Shown: positions 1-7,479 of the stretch, in pieces | Position numbering within the stretch: the first letter of the stretch is position 1 | How the letters are laid out: each line of letters starts with the position of its first letter | From: Candidatus Auribacterota bacterium | GTDB taxonomy: Bacteria; Auribacterota; UBA6266 | Direction: 5' to 3' | NCBI GenBank assembly: GCA_023136205.1 | Contig: JAGLRQ010000091.1 | Span: 1-11,300, forward strand | Length of the DNA stretch: 11,300 nt | Translations under genes and position numbers: made by a program | Notes under the pieces: generated by a model | Databases searched by the model: none | Told to the model about the DNA's origin: nothing | The model's input: the letters and a program-made list of their open reading frames with translations, nothing else

Positions 1-18
1 ATTGTATTTTTATTTTTC

Positions 19-172
19 ATCTAACATTGTCAATATATGGAAAATTTTCCCTGATATTACGTATATAGGGTGTAATATTTTCCATTTATTTTGTTATTAC
101 CAAGTAAAATATGGAAAAAATTCTTTTCATTTTCCATGTTTTTGTTATATATTGTCAATTGCTGTACTTAAC
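19..172. promoter_or_regulatory. Repeat-dense region upstream of intI (candidate attI / operator / promoter region)
   Basis: Four copies of ATGGAAAAT or its complement: 37-45 (+), 77-85 (-), 111-118 (+, 8/9), 129-137 (-). The first lies inside the 12-bp perfect palindrome GGAAAATTTTCC (39-50). The palindrome ATTGTCAAT occurs twice (26-34, 151-159). With their AT flanks these form a 13-14 bp inverted repeat (26-39 vs 146-159, 12/14). An extended -10-like TGtTATATA sits at 143-151. GTTRRRY core-site matches lie on the minus strand at 19-25 (GTTAGAT) and 166-172 (GTTAAGT). The function of all of these is inferred only. Confidence 0.35.
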
Positions 173-185
173 TGAGGAGAGTATA

Positions 186-1181
186 ATGGAAATCGATAAA
201 AAATTCAAGCCCAATCCTGAACTAAAACTTATGGAGCAGGTACGACAAGTGCTTAGATATCATCATTACGCGTACCGGACAGAACAAACTTACTGTGATT
301 GGATAGTTCAATATATTAAATTTCATAATTGTAAAAATCACCCCCAAAATATGGGAAAAACCGAAATTGAAACCTTTCTTAGCCATTTAGCGGTCCATAA
401 AAATGTTTCCGCGTCCACACAGCGCCAGGCTCTCAATGCCATTATATTTCTTTACCGGAATGTTCTTAATATTCCAGTTGAAGGGCAAATTGAACCTGTT
501 AAATCAAAACGATTTAAGCGTCCTCCTGTTGTTATGACGCAAAATGAAGTAAAAAGTGTTTTATGCCAAATGCAGGGGAATCATTTACTTATGGCTGGAT
601 TGTTGTATGGCTGCGGGCTTCGTTTAATGGAATGTATCCGCTTACGTGTTCATGATTTGGACTTTGAAAGAAATAAGATATATGTACGCGCGGCAAAGGG
701 GGGAAAAGACAGGATAACTTTATTGCCCCAATCCATTAAGGAAGATTTGTGCGTTCAGGTTGAAAAAGTTAAAAAAATCCATGAATCTGATTTATCTGAA
801 GGATATGGGGAAACTTATCTTCCCCACGCTTTAGCGAGAAAATATCCAAACGCGGCAAAAGATTTGCGCTGGCAATATGTTTTTCCATCAAAAAAAATAA
901 GCCGGGATCCGCGAATGGAAATATTCCGCAGGCATCATGTTCTCGAATCAGGATTGCAAAAAGCTGTGAGGCTCGCGGTATTCCGGGCAGGTATTATGAA
1001 ACAGATAGGGTGTCATACTTTTCGACACAGTTTTGCGACACATATGCTTGAAAATGGCGTTAATATAAGAGCTGTACAGGAACTTTTAGGCCATGCTGAT
1101 GTAAAGACTACGGAAATCTACACTCATGTAATGGAAAAAAACCTTTCAACGATTTCAAGCCCTTTGGATATAATCAAATAA
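186..1181 (+). CDS. intI: Integron integrase (IntI-type tyrosine recombinase), apparently intact
   Basis: The full tyrosine-recombinase catalytic set is present: R in [20 protein letters not shown] in [20 protein letters not shown], and [16 protein letters not shown] (Tyr codon 1119-1121). The IntI-specific insertion [32 protein letters not shown] (819-914) is collinear with the ALERKYPRAG...WVF segment of class 1 IntI1. Start chosen at ATG 186, preceded by GAGGAG (174-179, 6-nt spacer). The ORF-track start at 111 only adds a hydrophobic AT-rich extension. Confidence 0.9.
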   Translation: MEIDKKFKPNPELKLMEQVRQVLRYHHYAYRTEQTYCDWIVQYIKFHNCKNHPQNMGKTEIETFLSHLAVHKNVSASTQRQALNAIIFLYRNVLNIPVEGQIEPVKSKRFKRPPVVMTQNEVKSVLCQMQGNHLLMAGLLYGCGLRLMECIRLRVHDLDFERNKIYVRAAKGGKDRITLLPQSIKEDLCVQVEKVKKIHESDLSEGYGETYLPHALARKYPNAAKDLRWQYVFPSKKISRDPRMEIFRRHHVLESGLQKAVRLAVFRAGIMKQIGCHTFRHSFATHMLENGVNIRAVQELLGHADVKTTEIYTHVMEKNLSTISSPLDIIK

Positions 1182-1234
1182 CATTCGTTGTATTAAAAAG
1201 ATATACAAAATTTACAGAACATTCGGGTTAAAGT

Positions 1235-4084
1235 ATGAGTCCGGGACATTTTATAAAGATAAAAAACGCGAGACAGCATAATCTTAAGAATATCAGCCTG
1301 GATATTCCCAGGAATAAACTTGTCATAATTACCGGCCTTTCAGGTTCCGGAAAATCTTCTCTTGCTTTTGATACTCTTTACGCGGAGGGCCAGCGGAAGT
1401 ATGTTGAAAGCCTTTCGGCATACGCGAGACAATTCCTTGGGCAGATGCAAAAGCCGGAAGTTGATTATATTGAGGGCCTTTCACCGGCTATATCGATTGA
1501 GCAGAGGAGTGCCGGCTCTAATCCGCGCTCAACGGTGGCTACCTCTACGGAGATTTACGATTATTTAAGATTGCTGTTCGCGAATGTGGGAGAGGCCTTT
1601 TGCTATAAGTGCGGCAAATTGATAAGTAAACAAACCGCTGAAGAAATAGTCGATTTGATAAAAAATCTTGAAAACGGTTTGAAAATTATGATCCTTGCTC
1701 CTGTTGTTGAAGGTAAGAAAGGTGTGCATAAAAAGGTTTTTGAAGGTTTGACAAGGGATGGCTTTGTCAGAGTGCGTGTTGACGGTTCAGTTTTTGAACT
1801 GGAAGATAAAATTGTACTTGATAAAAATAAAAAGCACGCGATAGAAGTGGTAGTTGACAGGCTTATTTTGAAAAAGGGGATAGGCAGAAGGCTTAATGAT
1901 TCGGTTGAAACCGCGCTGAAAACAGCAGGAGGTAAGCTTATCCTGCAGTGCGAATCTAAAAAGGGGATTGAGGATAAGGTTTTCAGTGAAAAGAACAGTT
2001 GTCCTTCCTGCGGTATAAGTTTTCATGAAATATCTCCCAGAATGTTTTCGTTTAACAGCCCTTACGGCGCGTGTTCTTCCTGCCATGGCCTTGGCAACAG
2101 GTTAACCTTTGTTAAGGAATTAATTGTTCCTGATGTTGACAAATCTTTAGATAAGTGGGCAGTCGCTCCATGGAAAAGAGGCGGAAAATCTCTTTTAATT
2201 TATTATAAAAGGCTTTTGAAAGGGGTTTGTTCTCATTATGGAATTGATATAGGCCTTCCGTGGAGAGAACTTTCAAATCGGGAAAAGGAGATAATGCTGT
2301 ATGGTTCGGGGGATGATGTTGTCCATTTTTCATTCTGGAAAAGAGGCGGAATAAGGCATTTTAAGAAACCATTTGAAGGTGTTATCCCGAATCTGGAAAG
2401 AAGATTCAGAGAAACAGATAGTGACAGTGTTAAGGTTTACCTCCAGAAATTTATGGGAGAGATAAAATGTGAAAAGTGCGGCGGGGCAAGATTAAAGCCT
2501 GAGAGCCTTGCGGTAAAAATTGGAGGAAAGTCTATAGTTGAACTTACTAAAATGTCTGTTAGTGAGGCAATCAGGTTTATGGGCGGCCTTAAACTTCTGC
2601 CGGTTCAGAAAAAGATAGCCGAGGATCTTCTCAAGGAAATAGGGGAACGGCTTCGCTTTTTAGATGATGTTGGGCTTGGGTATCTTACTCTTGACAGGAA
2701 AAGCTCTACTCTGTCCGGGGGAGAAGCTCAGCGGATAAAACTTGCGACGCAGATAGGTTCCGGGCTTGTAGGTGTTTTGTATATACTGGATGAGCCCAGT
2801 ATAGGGCTTCATCAAAGAGATAATGAAAAGCTTCTGTCAACTTTGAAGCATCTTAGAGATCTTGGCAATACGGTTATAGTGGTTGAGCATGATGAAGAAA
2901 TAATCCGCTCCGGTGATTTTATAGTAGATCTTGGGCCGGGAGCCGGCCTTAATGGAGGACATCTGGTTTATACCGGAGGAGTTGAAGGGCTTATCAAACA
3001 TGAAAAATCAATAACGGGACTCTACATGAGAGGAGAAAAAGAAATCCCTGTGAGGCGTAGAAGAAGTATTTTAAATAAAATGAAATATTTGAAAGCGGTT
3101 GGAGCCAGGGAACATAACCTGAAAAATATAACGGTAAAAATACCGATAGGCAGATTCTCTTGTGTAACCGGTGTCTCAGGCTCCGGGAAAAGCACACTTG
3201 TCGATGAAATTTTGAGAAAGGCATTATTTCAGAAGATTTACGGTTCAAAGGAAAAACCGGGGGCTCATAAGAGAATTGAAGGAGTTGAGAATATAGACAA
3301 GGTAATCCTGATTGACCAGTCACCTATAGGAAGGACGCCAAGGTCGAATCCTGCTACTTATACCGGCGTATTTACATTTATCCGGGATCTATTCGCGAGC
3401 CTCCCCGAGTCAAAAGTAAGAGGGTATATGCCGGGAAGGTTTAGTTTTAATGTTAAGGGCGGGCGCTGTGAAGCATGCAGGGGAGACGGAATCCTTAAAA
3501 TAGAGATGCATTTTTTACCTGATGTTTATATAGAGTGTGAATCCTGTAAAGGAAAAAGATATAACCGTGAGACGTTGGAAGTTAAATATAAGGGTTTAAA
3601 TATTGCAGAGGTGCTGGATTCGACAGTTGGTGAAATGCTGGAACATTTTAAGAATATTCCGCGGATAAGACAAAGGCTTCAGACTTTATGGGATGTTGGC
3701 CTTGGATATGTTCACTTAGGTCAGCCGGCAACTACGCTTTCGGGCGGAGAGGCTCAGAGAGTTAAGCTTTCTTCTGAACTCGGGAAAAAGAGTACCGGCA
3801 AAACCCTTTATATCCTGGATGAGCCTACAACAGGCCTTCACTTTGATGATATAAATAAACTGCTTGAGGTTTTACACAGATTAGTGGATATGGGCAATAC
3901 CGTTTTAGTAATAGAGCATAATATTGATGTAATAAAAACAGCTGATTATATAATTGATCTGGGCCCTGTAGGGGGAGATAAAGGCGGTTATCTGATCGGA
4001 GCCGGAACACCCGAGGAAACAGTATCAAATAAAAAATCGTATACAGGAAAATATCTCAAGAACAAGTTAAAAGTTTCAAATTAA
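1235..4084 (+). CDS. uvrA: Excinuclease ABC subunit A (UvrA)
   Basis: 949 aa. Two Walker A motifs ([18 protein letters not shown]), two ABC signatures (LSGGEAQR, twice), two Walker B motifs ([16 protein letters not shown]). Zn-module cysteine pairs: CYKCG...CPSCG, CSSCHG...[14 protein letters not shown]...CESCKG. Collinear with canonical class I UvrA. Confidence 0.97.
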   Translation: MSPGHFIKIKNARQHNLKNISLDIPRNKLVIITGLSGSGKSSLAFDTLYAEGQRKYVESLSAYARQFLGQMQKPEVDYIEGLSPAISIEQRSAGSNPRSTVATSTEIYDYLRLLFANVGEAFCYKCGKLISKQTAEEIVDLIKNLENGLKIMILAPVVEGKKGVHKKVFEGLTRDGFVRVRVDGSVFELEDKIVLDKNKKHAIEVVVDRLILKKGIGRRLNDSVETALKTAGGKLILQCESKKGIEDKVFSEKNSCPSCGISFHEISPRMFSFNSPYGACSSCHGLGNRLTFVKELIVPDVDKSLDKWAVAPWKRGGKSLLIYYKRLLKGVCSHYGIDIGLPWRELSNREKEIMLYGSGDDVVHFSFWKRGGIRHFKKPFEGVIPNLERRFRETDSDSVKVYLQKFMGEIKCEKCGGARLKPESLAVKIGGKSIVELTKMSVSEAIRFMGGLKLLPVQKKIAEDLLKEIGERLRFLDDVGLGYLTLDRKSSTLSGGEAQRIKLATQIGSGLVGVLYILDEPSIGLHQRDNEKLLSTLKHLRDLGNTVIVVEHDEEIIRSGDFIVDLGPGAGLNGGHLVYTGGVEGLIKHEKSITGLYMRGEKEIPVRRRRSILNKMKYLKAVGAREHNLKNITVKIPIGRFSCVTGVSGSGKSTLVDEILRKALFQKIYGSKEKPGAHKRIEGVENIDKVILIDQSPIGRTPRSNPATYTGVFTFIRDLFASLPESKVRGYMPGRFSFNVKGGRCEACRGDGILKIEMHFLPDVYIECESCKGKRYNRETLEVKYKGLNIAEVLDSTVGEMLEHFKNIPRIRQRLQTLWDVGLGYVHLGQPATTLSGGEAQRVKLSSELGKKSTGKTLYILDEPTTGLHFDDINKLLEVLHRLVDMGNTVLVIEHNIDVIKTADYIIDLGPVGGDKGGYLIGAGTPEETVSNKKSYTGKYLKNKLKVSN

Positions 4085-4103
4085 CTTTTGAACTTTTTAA
4101 CCG

Positions 4104-5105
4104 TTATTCAACTACCTTTCTTAATTTTTCAACCTGCTCGAGGTTGCCCATGACAATAAGATTATCTCCGGCATTAAGAATCAGGTCAGCTTTTGGATTA
4201 TAAATGTATTGACTGGATTCAGTCTGTTCTATGGCAACCACAATTAATCCTGTTTTCTTGGGAATATCCGCTTCTCCTAAAGTTTTTCTGGCCAGCTTTG
4301 AATTTTCTGATATTGCCGCGCTTTCCATACGAAGTGTCATATCAGCTTGTTTCAGCATTGAATCCAGAAAGGAAACAACGACCGGCCTCAGGGCTTCGGA
4401 CGCGAGCCGCATACCGCCTATCCTGTTGGGAGAAACTATCGCGTCGGCAGTAGCTTTGAGGAGTTTTCTTTCGGATTTTTCATCTATTGCTTTAGATATT
4501 ATACGAAGATTAGGATTAAGATTTCTCGCGGTGAAAACTACAAACAGATTGTTTGTATCGTTGTCAAGTGTCGCGATGAGCCCCCTGGCGTTCTTTATGC
4601 TTGCCATTTCCAGGTTTTCATCCTTTATGGCGTCTCCTATAACATAAAAAAGGTCTTCTTTGTAAGGAATTGAGTTAATATTATCCTCGTTTTTCTCGAT
4701 TACAACGAAAGGATGTCTTGTTTTATAAAACTCTTCTATAACCGCTTTTCCTGTTTTTCCCGCTCCGCATATTATATAGTGGTCTTTCAATTTTGAAATA
4801 TGCTTTATCATTTTATTTCTCCTTAAAATGTTTTTTAATTGGCCTTCAATAACGAAAGCCGTAATATTTGATACTCCATAGAGCAATGTTCCCATTCCTG
4901 TGAGGATAAGGAAACTCGCGAAAAGCATTTCCAGCGGGTGTGAGCCGATTTCCCTGTTACCGACCGTTGAAATTAAAGAAATTGTAAGATAAAAAGCCTG
5001 TGTAAGAGGAATGTGCTTGAAAAATGCAAAGCCGATTGTTCCCATTAAAATGACAGTTGCTAAAGCTGTAATAATTTTTATAATTCTTTTTTGTATAATA
5101 TCCAT
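4104..5105 (-). CDS. 2-TM ion channel with RCK (TrkA-N/TrkA-C) domains, MthK-like, with a non-canonical pore filter
   Basis: Two N-terminal TM helices flank a pore-loop-like segment, LTISLISTVGNREIG. This is followed by a Rossmann GxGxxG motif (IICGAGKTGKAV) and a TrkA-C-like C-terminus (LIVMGNLEQVEKL). Start set at ATG 5105 (MDIIQKR...). The ORF-track start at 5144 is a TTG that adds 13 residues. Neither start has an obvious SD. Confidence 0.85.
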   Translation of the reverse strand: MDIIQKRIIKIITALATVILMGTIGFAFFKHIPLTQAFYLTISLISTVGNREIGSHPLEMLFASFLILTGMGTLLYGVSNITAFVIEGQLKNILRRNKMIKHISKLKDHYIICGAGKTGKAVIEEFYKTRHPFVVIEKNEDNINSIPYKEDLFYVIGDAIKDENLEMASIKNARGLIATLDNDTNNLFVVFTARNLNPNLRIISKAIDEKSERKLLKATADAIVSPNRIGGMRLASEALRPVVVSFLDSMLKQADMTLRMESAAISENSKLARKTLGEADIPKKTGLIVVAIEQTESSQYIYNPKADLILNAGDNLIVMGNLEQVEKLRKVVE

Positions 5106-5184
5106 ATTGGATATGTTAATTAAAAACTGTGAATAATTCAACAAAAGCTTTTCTTCAGGAAAAAGATGTTTTTGTAAGTTGCTT

Positions 5185-5213
5185 TTGACAGCGGCAGGTT
5201 TGTGTTATACGAT
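5185..5213 (+). promoter_or_regulatory. Sigma70-like promoter candidate for the 5301-7428 cluster
   Basis: Perfect TTGACA (5185-5190), a 17-nt spacer, then TACGAT (5208-5213, 4/6 to TATAAT). It lies in the 153-nt (5145-5297, ORF-track ends) divergent intergenic region, about 85 nt upstream of ATG 5301. Confidence 0.35.
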
Positions 5214-5300
5214 ATGCGGCAATAGATGTCAGGTTAAAATTTATATTAGCTGTAAGCATTCTGGAAAAAGAAAAAATAAAATTATTTTTTACGGGGTTTG

Positions 5301-5897
5301 ATGCCTAAAAAAGCTTATTTTTTTCTATTTATTTGTATATGTTCCATAAATTTTGCTGTCTATGGAACCACTGAAGAAAGTAAAATCGCGCCGGCGCGCG
5401 GTAACGAAAAATTTATTACCGTGAGCTGCAAATATCCCCTGTGGATTTCTGATAACAAGATTGCCTTTGTCAGAGAAAAAATAGGGTGGATAGTCCGTTC
5501 CAATGCTAAGATTGTGGAAGACAGGGAAGAGATGGCAATTAGAGAGGAAATATGTACCCTTGACCTGAAAACAGATAAAATTACGGTAATTTATAAAACT
5601 TCCGGAAGAAGAAGGAAAATTAAAAATCTTGGTTTTTCTAACGGGAAATTTTTAGTTGGAAATTGTCTGAACGGGTGTTTTTATATCACTAAAATCAGTG
5701 TGATAAAAATAGATTCTGCTTCGGAAAGGAAATTATTTAAAAAAAGGATGGAAGATTCTTTGCGTTTGAAAGAGAGAAATAACAAACGCGTGTTTGAAGA
5801 AGGCGGCAATATTATGCTTCAAATCGCGTCTGAAGATAGGAGCAGGATTTTACTTAAGTCTTCGATGAAGACTGTGAAAAAACATAGAAAAAGATGA
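5301..5897 (+). CDS. Hypothetical secreted protein with a strongly basic C-terminal tail
   Basis: N-terminal signal-peptide-like segment MPKKAYFFLFICICSINFAVYG/TTEE. WISDNKIAFVRE and LDLKTDKITVIYKTSG weakly resemble a TolB/PD40 beta-propeller blade. The C-terminal third is K/R-rich (...KSSMKTVKKHRKR). Its stop overlaps the next gene's start (ATGA, 5894-5897). No family is recognised with confidence. ATG 5301 is preferred over TTG 5298. Confidence 0.6.
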   Translation: MPKKAYFFLFICICSINFAVYGTTEESKIAPARGNEKFITVSCKYPLWISDNKIAFVREKIGWIVRSNAKIVEDREEMAIREEICTLDLKTDKITVIYKTSGRRRKIKNLGFSNGKFLVGNCLNGCFYITKISVIKIDSASERKLFKKRMEDSLRLKERNNKRVFEEGGNIMLQIASEDRSRILLKSSMKTVKKHRKR

Positions 5898-6730
5898 AAA
5901 CCCCGTTTAAAAACAATTATACCATATTGCTCATGGCAGTTTTAGCCGGCCTCTCCAGTGCCGCGATCTCCTATGTCGCTCAATTTTTCATTCCCTATCC
6001 ATTCGTGAGAATATGGACAAGGGTCTTCGCGCTTATCTTTATTATTCTATTAGTTTATGATTGTAAAAGGTCCTCAATCGGCAAAAAAGAACTCGGCCTG
6101 GATTTTTCTAATGCCGGGAAGAAATACATTGCGGGCTTTTTATCAGGATTTCTTTCTCTTGTAATACTTTTATCGGTCTTATTCCTTTTCAGATTGAGAT
6201 ATCCTGATCCCGAATTTCATTTTTCTATACTGCCGGCAAAAATTGGCTTGGCTCTTTTAACCGGTATAGCCATTTCAACTTTTGAGGAAATAATTTTCCG
6301 GGGCTATATATATTCGAAGATTAAGATGTTCAGGCCTGAAAGGTATGCTTTCTGGATTACAATAATTGTTTTCGCGTCTATTCACCTGGTAAAACCGCTA
6401 TTAATTGATGGGGAAACATTATTTCCCGGGCATTTACCCGCGATATGCGGCATATTTGTTGTCAGCTATATACTTATGGATGCCAGAATTAAAACAGGCA
6501 GCCTTCTTTTCTCTATGGGTATTCATACCGCGTGGGTTTTTGTTATGAAAGCGGATGGTATAATTATAGACGTGCCAACACATTATAACGGAGCCTGGTT
6601 TAATGTTTTGTTTGGTTCAACTGAATATTTTGAAGGAGGTCTTGTATCGTGTGCCGTTCTGGTTCTTCTTGCTCTTTTTCTTTCAAAAAGAGTATATCCT
6701 CTGCTCTCAAAAGGATCTCTTCCTGGATAG
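5894..6730 (+). CDS. CPBP family (CAAX protease / Abi, PF02517-type) intramembrane protease
   Basis: Polytopic membrane protein. Motif 1 EExxxR is present as EEIIFRG (6284-6301). Motif 2 FxxxH is present as FASIH (6371-6385). The third His is in GIHTAWV (6524-6538). 4-nt ATGA overlap with the upstream gene. Confidence 0.85.
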   Translation: MKTPFKNNYTILLMAVLAGLSSAAISYVAQFFIPYPFVRIWTRVFALIFIILLVYDCKRSSIGKKELGLDFSNAGKKYIAGFLSGFLSLVILLSVLFLFRLRYPDPEFHFSILPAKIGLALLTGIAISTFEEIIFRGYIYSKIKMFRPERYAFWITIIVFASIHLVKPLLIDGETLFPGHLPAICGIFVVSYILMDARIKTGSLLFSMGIHTAWVFVMKADGIIIDVPTHYNGAWFNVLFGSTEYFEGGLVSCAVLVLLALFLSKRVYPLLSKGSLPG

Positions 6731-7428
6731 AAGCAGTTGAAAATATAGTTTTCCCTCCGCATTGTTTTATTTGCGAAAAAAGTATTTTATCTGCCGGTTC
6801 TCAATATGTGTGTTCTGAGTGTTCTCATTCACTTAAATCGTTATTGAAACCTCTTTGCGGTATTTGCGGCAGGCCGATTGATGTTTTTTACGCGAAAGAA
6901 ACCCGGTGTGCTGACTGCAGGATGAACCCTCCTCAATACGACACAGCTGTTTCGGCAGTAAAACTTTGCGAGAGGGCAAAAGTGCTGGTGCATAAGTTTA
7001 AATATCGTGGAAGCTTCGGAGCAGGCAAAGCGATTGTTTCGGTGATGCGGGATTCTGGAATCCTGGATAATATTTCCGCGGATTTTCTCGTGCCTGTCCC
7101 CCTGGCTTTTTCTGAAAGGGGCAAGAGGGGATTTAACCAGACTGAGTATCTGGCTAAAATGATTTCAGGCAAAAGCGGCATACCCCAGTATAACGTTCTT
7201 AGAAAAAATAGAAAGACAAACAGGCAAACATCGCTTAACCGGCAACAAAGGCTGAAAAATCTGAAGGGAGCTTTTGAAACAAAAAAAGGTTGTAAAATCA
7301 GGGGTAAAAGAGTTTTAATAATTGATGATGTTTACACTACAGGTGCTACAGCGAATGCTTGTGCCGCGGCTTTGAAAAAAGAGTGCCCCGCGTCAATCGG
7401 AGTTTTAACATTCGCGAGGACACCATAG
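6649..7428 (+). CDS. comF: ComF family protein (ComFC-like phosphoribosyltransferase-fold protein with N-terminal Cys4 zinc-finger region)
   Basis: N-terminal FPPHCFICEK...CSECS...CGICGRP...CADC cysteine pairs and a C-terminal PRTase loop VLIIDDVYTTGATANA (7311-7358), the typical ComF/ComFC layout. GTG start at 6649 is supported by a strong SD, AAGGAGGT (6633-6640), with an 8-nt spacer. There is no in-frame ATG upstream of the conserved N-terminus. The gene overlaps the CPBP 3' end by 82 nt in another frame. Confidence 0.85.
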   Translation: MCRSGSSCSFSFKKSISSALKRISSWIEAVENIVFPPHCFICEKSILSAGSQYVCSECSHSLKSLLKPLCGICGRPIDVFYAKETRCADCRMNPPQYDTAVSAVKLCERAKVLVHKFKYRGSFGAGKAIVSVMRDSGILDNISADFLVPVPLAFSERGKRGFNQTEYLAKMISGKSGIPQYNVLRKNRKTNRQTSLNRQQRLKNLKGAFETKKGCKIRGKRVLIIDDVYTTGATANACAAALKKECPASIGVLTFARTP

Positions 7429-7479
7429 CCGTAGAAAAATTAGAAAGAGAATAAAACGGCTCAGAAAAAGGGAACCGAA

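Noticed and set aside
19-25. GTTRRRY core-site match (GTTAGAT, minus strand) as the attI crossover point
   Set aside because: The orientation is right for a leftward cassette array. But a second match (GTTAAGT, 166-172) exists, and a 7-nt degenerate motif is expected by chance in about 185 nt on two strands. It is kept only as a note inside the regulatory-region finding.
26-159. 134-bp block bracketed by about 13-bp inverted repeats, read as a MITE insertion
   Set aside because: No target-site duplication flanks it (..ctaac | tgctg..). The arms are themselves local palindromes (ATTGnCAAT), which fits paired operator sites better than transposon ends.
111-185. ORF-track N-terminal extension of intI ([25 protein letters not shown])
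   Set aside because: It is a hydrophobic translation of AT-rich repeat DNA with no counterpart in IntI proteins. ATG 186 has a GAGGAG SD at correct spacing, and the conserved N-terminus begins there.
1182-1234. LexA/SOS box upstream of uvrA
   Set aside because: GAACATTCGGGTTA (1217-1230) has only a GAAC half-site and the wrong spacing for the GAAC-N4-GTTC Cheo box. TTGTAT-N9-ATACAA does not fit CTGT-N8-ACAG. The organism's LexA motif is unknown, so no call is made.
1362-4028. Short ORFs inside or antisense to uvrA (1362-1568 +, 1787-2086 -, 2112-2333 -, 2994-3323 -, 3825-4028 -)
   Set aside because: They lie entirely within a strongly supported conserved CDS. Their translations are low-complexity with no recognisable motifs, which is typical of shadow ORFs.
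4070-4096. Hairpin between convergent uvrA and the channel gene, as a bidirectional terminator
   Set aside because: AAAGTTTCAAA/TTTGAACTTT can pair, but the stem is almost entirely A:T, has a bulge, and overlaps the uvrA stop codon. It is too weak to call. The 19-nt gap leaves no room for a conventional terminator.
4193-4647. Plus-strand ORFs (86 aa and 138 aa) antisense to the channel gene
   Set aside because: They are shadow ORFs of the RCK-domain coding region, with no SD and no recognisable domains.
5143-5297. Riboswitch, sRNA or tRNA in the divergent intergenic region (includes the AAAAGCTTTT palindrome at 5143-5152)
   Set aside because: I could not recognise any conserved riboswitch core, tRNA T-loop/cloverleaf or stable GC-rich structure by eye. 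Only a promoter-like TTGACA-N17-TACGAT is reported. A covariance-model scan (Rfam/Infernal, tRNAscan-SE) would settle this.
6933-7181. Minus-strand 82-aa ORF antisense to comF
   Set aside because: It is a shadow ORF inside a well-supported CDS.
7427-7461. AGCCGT...ACGGCT stem after comF, as a terminator
   Set aside because: It has only a 6-bp stem with a 23-nt loop and is followed by an A-rich run rather than a T-tract. It is more likely just the leader of the kinase gene.
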